Positions 56,316 through 64,000 of a stretch of 64,000 nt of DNA are shown piece by piece (position 1 is the stretch's first letter; each line of letters starts with the position of its first letter). The notes below the pieces were generated by a model. That model worked only from the letters and a program-made list of their open reading frames with translations. It searched no databases and was not told the DNA's origin. The position numbers and the translations under genes are program-made. The stretch is taken from NCBI GenBank assembly GCA_015680685.1, contig MNCI01000520.1, forward strand, positions 479,731 to 543,730, written 5' to 3'. This stretch comes from Gnetum montanum (lineage: Eukaryota > Plantae > Gnetophyta).

Positions 56316-59300
56316 TTGTTACAACCTAAGAATTTGTAAGGTTTAGTCATTTAATTTAATGTATATGATTAATTCTTTAATTTTGTCTTTCAATAAATTA
56401 GTTCTAATGCTCTTGATTAAAACATAGGATTACATGACTGTCGTTATTATTGTTGTTAGTTTTCTACACAAGTGAAAGCAATCTGTTTACTAGAATGTTT
56501 TGTATCCTTTATTTTACTATTGTTGAATGCAATGGGAGGCACATTTCTAGTGAGGCTTCTACTAGGTCCAATCCTCTCAATGGGCTAGCTAACAATATAG
56601 GGAAATGTGTACATAATGAAGTGTGCAAAGAGTTGTTGAAATGGAAATACCTAAATGATGATGATGAAGCACCTTTCAAGGAGCATTAGAATGACTCCCT
56701 TGACAAGGTGTAAAGGCTATGAGGTCAAGTGTTAAAAGTTGACAACATGATTTATAGCTACATGCTAGCTGTTGAATAGATCAAGATGGTTCATGACCTC
56801 ATGAAAAAAATGGATGTCTCGTACCTATAAGAATTAAATTCAAGCATAAACCACAAGCTCTTCGTGAGTTAAAATTTTGTGCTATGGAATTGGGTTGAGT
56901 AGATAGAAGATGTGGTTGATGATGTTCAAGTCTCTATGGGTAACATTATGTAGAAGATAATGATCCTAGAGGTAAAGGTAGAGAAGCTTGAGGTGGAAAA
57001 TGAGAGACTTGAAGAGTAGTTGGCTGTCTAAGAAAAGATAGTCACATCTAGCTCTATATGATTATCACACAAATTCTAAGCTAAAGAGACTAATATCTAT
57101 AAAGGTGATTGAGATACAAAACTTCTAGAAACCTTTACCTTTGACATGGATTACTTTCTCAAGATAAATGAATACCTAGAAGAAAAGAAAGTTAGCATCA
57201 CTTCCCAATTATTGGGGAAAGTTGCTCAAACTTGGTGACTTGGTATTACCCAAGAAATGAAGTCAAGAATAGCTTGATAAATAGTAGAGATGTGGGATGA
57301 CCTTAAAATTATATTGGCCAAGAACTTGCATCTAAATACTTTGGTTGACAAAGCTTGAATAAAGTTGAAGGAGCTCTAGTAAATTGGAAAGCTAGAGGAC
57401 AACCTAAAGAAGTACTAAGATGTGGTTTTATAAATTTCACTTATAAAATGATAAATCTAAGTTTCATATCTTTTTCAATGGCCTAAAACCATGGGCCTAG
57501 TGGAAAATCAAAATTTGCAAAATCACATAATCTTGAAAAGCACTTAAGTTAATGGTGAGTTTAATGATTGATTCTAAGCCCCAGAAGTAAGACGAATGAA
57601 ATAGACATGCCTCATAATAGCAAAAATTTTGGTGTCAGATCCAATGGTCCTTTAAAAAGGAAATTTGATGGTGGTTTTTAGGTATGTATTCTTCTATTAC
57701 CCTTGGATCCCAAGCTTCTTACTAGGGTAATGATAAGTGATGAACTCTTAAAGATTACAACAAATTCTATGACAAGCATCCATGCTCTAGAAAACTCATG
57801 AGCAATCCTCCTAGGCATCTTAGCATAAGGTGCTTCATTTACTTAGGAAGTAGTCATGTCACTCAAGGCTCTTCACAAAACTCCAATAAATGACTAGCTA
57901 GAAGAGGTCCAAATAATGATTAATGGTTAAATGCTCTTTATTTTCAACTATAAGCTCGATTGTGGGTAACTAAGGTAAATGAAAATGGACAAGAACTTGA
58001 GACCCTTTAGGTGACTAAATATATCTCTTAGAGATTAGTGACTATTCACAAAAATATCCAAGATATTCAATCAAGTAAGAGCCCAACTTATGTTCTATAT
58101 TGAGAGTTTTGGTGTAGTTTCCATTAAATAGGATAGACACCTTGGTTGACACAAGTACCAACCATAACTTTCTTTTAACATAGATCACTCACATTCTCAA
58201 TTTTCAAGTGGAAACAAATTTGGTCTCCTGTAAGTTAGCAAAATTCTAGCCAATCAAATGCATGTGAATTATGGTGGATGTTCAAGTAAAGATAAGTTAG
58301 TAAAATGGAAGGTTGGATTTTTTAGTTTTAGATATTAGCTCTTTCCAAGTCATCCTTAGACAAGAGTTTTTTAAGAAGTGTTGGTTTCCCTATACCTTGA
58401 TGTCTTGTACATTTTGCACAAGGAATGACCTTGTGCAGTGAAGATCTCTACATCAAGAGTAACTAGTACCCTTTAGGAGGTTCAAATTATTCCACTCATG
58501 GTAATGAAGAGAGTTGCTAGGGATTTAAGCCAAAATATGTTTCTTATCATCTTGAGAGAGGCAGAATAGAAAAAATTTACTTAGATGAATGTGTGAATAG
58601 AGAATATGATGTGTAGGTATAAGGATCTTATACTGGTAGAGTTTCCTAGTGAATTGTTAGAAAAGTAGGTAGTAGATCACAAGATTGAGCTACTACTAAG
58701 TACTGTCCCTCTAAGGTATCAACCTTAGAGAATAACCACTCTTGAGCTAATAAAGTTGAAGAGGTAGTTAGAAAGTTTAGTAGAGAAGGGTTGCATTTGA
58801 CTCTTTAAATCTCCATAGGAAGCCTTGATGTTATTTTGCAAAGAGTAAGATGGCACATTGAGGTTATGTTGTGAGTTTAAGCTTCTAAATAAATATACTA
58901 TTAAGAATACATATATGGTACCTTTGGTTTCAAAATTTTTTGACTGGCTAGTGTATCTCTTGACTTGACCTTTGCGAAGGTTACTATCATGTATGGATCA
59001 TAGAAGAAGATAGAAAATATAGCATGTACCACTTGTTATAGCTTGTATATGTAAACGTCGTGCCATTTGGATTATGAAATGCTCTTGAAACCTTTTGCAC
59101 ACTTATGAAAAAGGTGTTCTATCCATACCTTGATAGGTTAATTTGGTATATCTTGATGACATTCTTGTGTACTTGCATTCTATGGAGGAACATATTCAAC
59201 ATTTGGACCTAGTGTTCTCCTACCTTTGAGAGCATAAGTTGTATGTCAAATAGAAGAAATATGAATTTAAAATGATAGAATTAAAATTTTTGGATCACAT

Positions 59301-59383
59301 CATTAGTGAAGATAAGATAAAGCCAAATCCAAAGGAGGTAGAGACCATTACCACCTAGTCTATTCCAAAGAATATTCATGAAT
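56316..59383 (+). mobile_element. Highly decayed chromovirus-type Ty3/gypsy (Galadriel-like) gag-PR-RT, interrupted by an Athila-like element
   Basis: gag YKGD*DTKLLETFTFDMDYF (about 57098), protease TLVDTSTNHNF (about 58139), RT VVDHKIEL, PFGL*NA, VYLDDILVY (about 59146), KFLDHII. The 5' boundary is tentative. Confidence 0.8.
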
Positions 59384-62300
59384 TGATGAGCGACAAGTAC
59401 CCCCTATGCCAAACCATATGAATCATAAGCGTTTACACATGATTTGATCAAATGCCATGGATGGGACTAGTTATGCATCAAGATCATTATGCCTTGATCG
59501 TAGTTCATTGTCTTCCCACTTGGAATAGTGGTAGCTTTGTCATGTATGGTTTAGTCCAAAGTGAGGCATGTGATTCTTGATGCTATTTTGGCCTTATGCT
59601 ACTCCTAATGATAATAGAAAGATTAATTACTTAATCTAATTAACAATGAAAAGTAAAGTCTAAACTAGCCTATGGATGGTGAGTGTACATTTCCAACTTG
59701 CCGTACACATCTTGAACCCTTGTATCCACACTACTGGGATTACCAAGTGTTTTGCTACTAGGCGAACCAAGCAATAACACTATTGGGATTACCAAAAAAA
59801 TACATGTTTATGCTTGAATTTGGTCACACTCATTCTACCAATTCGTTAACTTGCATGAAATGTAAATATTACCTAAGTACATGAAACATAAATTGCATGG
59901 AAAGTAAATCTAATCTAAGCCAAAGTGCTACAATGAATAAGAATTAATCTCGATCTTATTGTCATTCATGGAATGTGTCCAGGTACATTGCCACTTGAAT
60001 AAGACATCATACAACTAACTCAGATCCACACTGCGGGCACCCACTGACTATTCTTTAAGACAAATAGAAAAAAACTGCAAGATTTTAGCTACTCTATTGA
60101 CAAAAGAATGCCAAATACATGGCGAGAGCAGACATTTTTAGGCAAAAATAGACACTATGTTGACAGGTATGCATTAATGAGTCATTACATGTGTTGACAA
60201 GTATGCATCAAAGTAGTTGCGTCGAGGCGTAGTCTATCAATGGTTCATCATATCCCCACGATTGAGTAAAAGCTCATCCTTGAGTTAACGTGATAGGACC
60301 AAGCTTCCTTTATAAAAAATTGGAAATGATGGGATTATTGACTAACACTAACTACTGACTGACTCTTAGTGTTGCGTTACAAAGTTTTATTCAAGTGGAT
60401 GCATACAAAATGAAAAGGTGACAAAAATACTAGACAGACATTGAAGATTACAAAATTTGCAGATGTCTTCAAAAATGTACTGCGATGGTAAACTTTCAAC
60501 CTTGATTGTTATGTCAATGCTTCTTTGTTTATACAGAACATTCTTGAAGGATGGACTAAATTTTCTTCTCATTGTTCCGTGGATCTAGCAAACATGTGAT
60601 GTTTGAGCTATAATCCTGCATGAGTTATGATTTGTCCATGAGCATATCCTTCATTGTCCCTCTCTTGGCTTCGTTTTCATGCTTGGTAGAAGACCTTCTT
60701 TCTTAGGCATTTCTTTTAGCATAACCTATGGTTACCAAAGGATTAACATTAGATTTGGTAAATTTTTCTTAATAATTAACCCTTTTAAGATCCCTTAGTT
60801 TGCATTTAAGCACAAGGTGATGATAGCATACTATGCCCAAGGCTATGAGGTAACTAAAATTGTCAAGCTATCCACATTATTTTGATTAATTACTATTAGT
60901 TATCACAGTGTTCAAAAATAGGATGTTAGAAAAATTTCAAAGTAGACGTCCCTATCCTTCATTACTAAAAAGTGTAATTCTAGAAGTGCATAAGTTTTTA
61001 AACAATTGAAACCAAAGGTCTAATTTAGAAGATGGCCATGAAATATTAATGGATATGGAAATAGAAAAGTAGGAAAAATTAATGAAATGGATGAGAAGTA
61101 GTTCCAAAATCATGCATAAATTCAGAAAAACTATCATTGATGTTCTATAAGATGTGAAGGTTAGCTCAAAGCCATGACCAACAACAGTTATGCAAGTGGG
61201 TACTCCACAAAGCAAGCTCTTGCCATAATTGCCTTACATAACCACTTCTATAAATGTTAGTGGCATCCTAGAAGTTAAATGTAGATCATGTCTTTGTTCC
61301 AAACAACACATAGCTACCGTGGTTGGGATGTTGCACTATACTACACAAAATCAAAAGGCTCATAATTGTATGCAATAGTTAAGTGAATGAATGGGATGTG
61401 CAAGATTAGGATGTATGGTGCTTTACCATGTCTACAATAGGCTCTTGTGACAAATGTAAGTGAAATGATTAGCATACTTATTATCCAAGTTTAGACCAAG
61501 TTTGTACCATGGACAATGATTTTGCATTGATGTGTTCCTTCTTGTCGACCACTATGGGTTCACAACCACCTCAAAGAACAATAATCACTCCAAAAAAAAA
61601 AAAAGAAGAAAAGAGAAGAAGGAAGGAAGGACCTTAGTTAGAGGGGTGCCTTCAGGCATGGGTAACATGTCTTTCTAGCCTCATAACTAGTGCTTGTAGC
61701 CCATTATTATGTTTAAGGGATGTGCATTGAATTTCCATTATTGTTTTTTATGTTCATTTTTTTTATTTTTTTTTGAATTTTAAATATTTTTTTGAAATGG
61801 AAATCACACCATACAAAGACATTGCTTCCTTTTTTATTGGTTGATGGAAGAGTGATGATACATTCCCCAAGAAGTCATAAACCACACAAAGGAAGATAAG
61901 AAGAGAACCCAACAAATCTCCTTGAGGTCACGTCCTTTACCATTCCCACTTGGTTTTTCCCTCTTTCTTCAAGGTGAAATGATCATTAATTAATTTTAGT
62001 TTCATGAAAGAAGAAGCAAATTATTTTCATGACAAAGACCTTTTATTTAGAGAAATGAAGGCGTGTATGAGGTTTTCTCACTTCCTTACCCAATTACTTA
62101 CCCAATCATCTTAATAGCATAGCACAAAAACCCAATACATAATGTTGACTTTTGCATCATGATTTGGTAATATTATTAACAAAAACATAAAAGACGTTTA
62201 TAAAACATAAAAGAAATGACTCAAGAAAAGAGAAAAATATTAAGAAACAAAAAATATATTAAGAATCAAAAAATTTTGGAAGAAATACGAAAATGATAAA

Positions 62301-64000
62301 AAAAATTGTAAAACAAAAAACTGAAAAACACTTATTAGTTCTTGAGCTAGGATGAAGCATCTCCCCCATGACTAAACTTATGGCTGCACATTTGGGAGAT
62401 AGACCACATAACCCCTTAGTTATACACCACTGATTTCCCATCTATCACTGTAATTGATTCAATTAATTGCATGGTAGCACATCTAACATTAGTGATAGTC
62501 TCATTTGGATCATTCTAAGATGTTTCTTCAACTGGACTTGAAGGTATTTCTATTTTAGGGGGTTGAAAGATGTTTGCTTCTTCTTCTTAATTTTCTATTT
62601 TAATTCCTGAGTCTCCGTGTTTAATATCCTCTTCTAGTGTATAATCAAAGTGTAACATATCTATGTCTAAGTCCTCTGTTTGGCTTGTTTTCTTAAGTCT
62701 AGAACTACTAAGCAGATAAGTTGCTTCCATGCATCTTTGAAACAGTTTTATATTCTCATTTTCAAGCCATTGGGCATCTTCTAGTTTAGTGGCTACTACA
62801 TAGACTAATTTTTGCTCACACACTTGCTTTTGAACTTTATGGTGGGTTGGTATAGAGGTTGTGTTAATATTTCAAACTTCTAGCCCACAATTGCACCATT
62901 TATCATTATTAGTTATGCATGGAAGTTTCTATCTTTCCACAGTGATAGGTTTCTTATTTATATCTTGTGTTGAAATGGTGATGATTGTTGCATTTTGTGT
63001 ATGATTAGGAAACATCATTTTTGTGAGGAAGGGTGTTACACTAGATTGGCCTTGTGTGGGTTTCAATGCACCAGTAGGTCTACAAGTTTTGTGCTTGTAT
63101 GAGGAAGCTACCCTAACGAAAGGACATTTTTGAGGTTGTGGTTAAGATATACCAGCATTATCATTTGTGTGTATGTTCATAGCACAAGTGACATTCTTTC
63201 GTTGATGTTGTGGTGTCAAGCCTTTTTGTGTTGTTGGTGGTGACATATGATGGAGGAAAGTATCAGAATATTGAGCATATGATAGAGGATGAGAGGCATG
63301 AGGTGGTGATCCCATGGAAGATGTTGCAAGTTGATGATATTTAGGAGAGTGGTAGTAGTGATTTGAGGTAGAGGAAGTAGAACCAATTAAAGAAATAGGT
63401 TGTTGAATGTAATATTTGGACCGGTCTAGTTGGTAGTAAGGGTAGTGCTAGTCTGATAATGGTCTCCCCCATGACTATGGATTTTTCCATTACATTTGAT
63501 AGTAGTTTTGAGAAAAATAAGAAGTCCCATTAGGATAGTACGATTGGTTGTAGGATTGTCTATAATTACCTTGTGAGTAAGGCAATTTCCTAGGCATTTG
63601 CTTTTGTACGAACTTGGGATTTAAAGTAAAAGCCCAATACTCATGTAGATGTAACATAATTGGACAATAGCCCTTTGGATGATCATATAGGTAGATGTCA
63701 CATCCATTATCCTCTTTTGTGGTTAAGTCTATAGCCTCTTCTTCTACAACTATTTTTCCTTTTTGTTGATAAGTGTTCCTAGTTTTTTCTTGGTTTGTTT
63801 TCGTTTTCTTGCTTTTATCACTTGATTCTTTTTGTGTTATCCTCTCCTCTATGATTTTTACATAAGTTGTAACTTTGTAATTCATCAACTCCCACATTTT
63901 ATCAATCCTTGCTTCAAGTTCATTGATAGACTTTTGTATTGGCAAGGTTTGTTGTGAAATCACCTCATCGAAAACTGCCTCTTTTTCCTCATCATAGATA
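59384..64000 (-). mobile_element. Athila-like element: 3' LTR (59384-60250) plus internal region running off the window
   Basis: TGATGAGCG...ttcatCA LTR related to 15124-15979; followed by tatccccacgattga...gctcatccttgag (Athila-type PPT-flanking motif); decayed minus-strand ORF pieces at 62587-62823 and 63490-63963. Confidence 0.7.

Overview
AT-rich land-plant nuclear DNA, dominated by methylation-decayed retroelements. It contains one host gene: a complete 14-exon DGS1 (NCA2-family mitochondrial protein, about 571 aa, + strand, 5094-37218). Its 22.4-kb fifth intron holds nested L1 LINEs, Athila-like LTR pieces and RTE/SINE inserts. A full-length 18.8-kb Tat/Ogre-type Ty3/gypsy element (minus strand, GGAAG target-site duplication) sits 275 bp after the stop codon. 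It is followed by a decayed chromovirus interrupted by another Athila-like element. The most striking signals are accessory genes inside the retroelements. (1) The Tat element carries, between protease and RT, an antisense 7-exon spliced gene of about 1134 codons with no frameshifts. It encodes an FCP1/NIF-type HAD-phosphatase-like domain, a 'plant transposon protein'-like domain, an acidic region and a coiled coil. (2) A relatively young L1 continues past its ORF2 zinc finger into the same kind of domain, a coiled coil and an HPD-containing DnaJ (J) domain. (3) The Athila-like element encodes a third version of that domain. All domain assignments are by-eye motif recognition and need HMM or structure confirmation.
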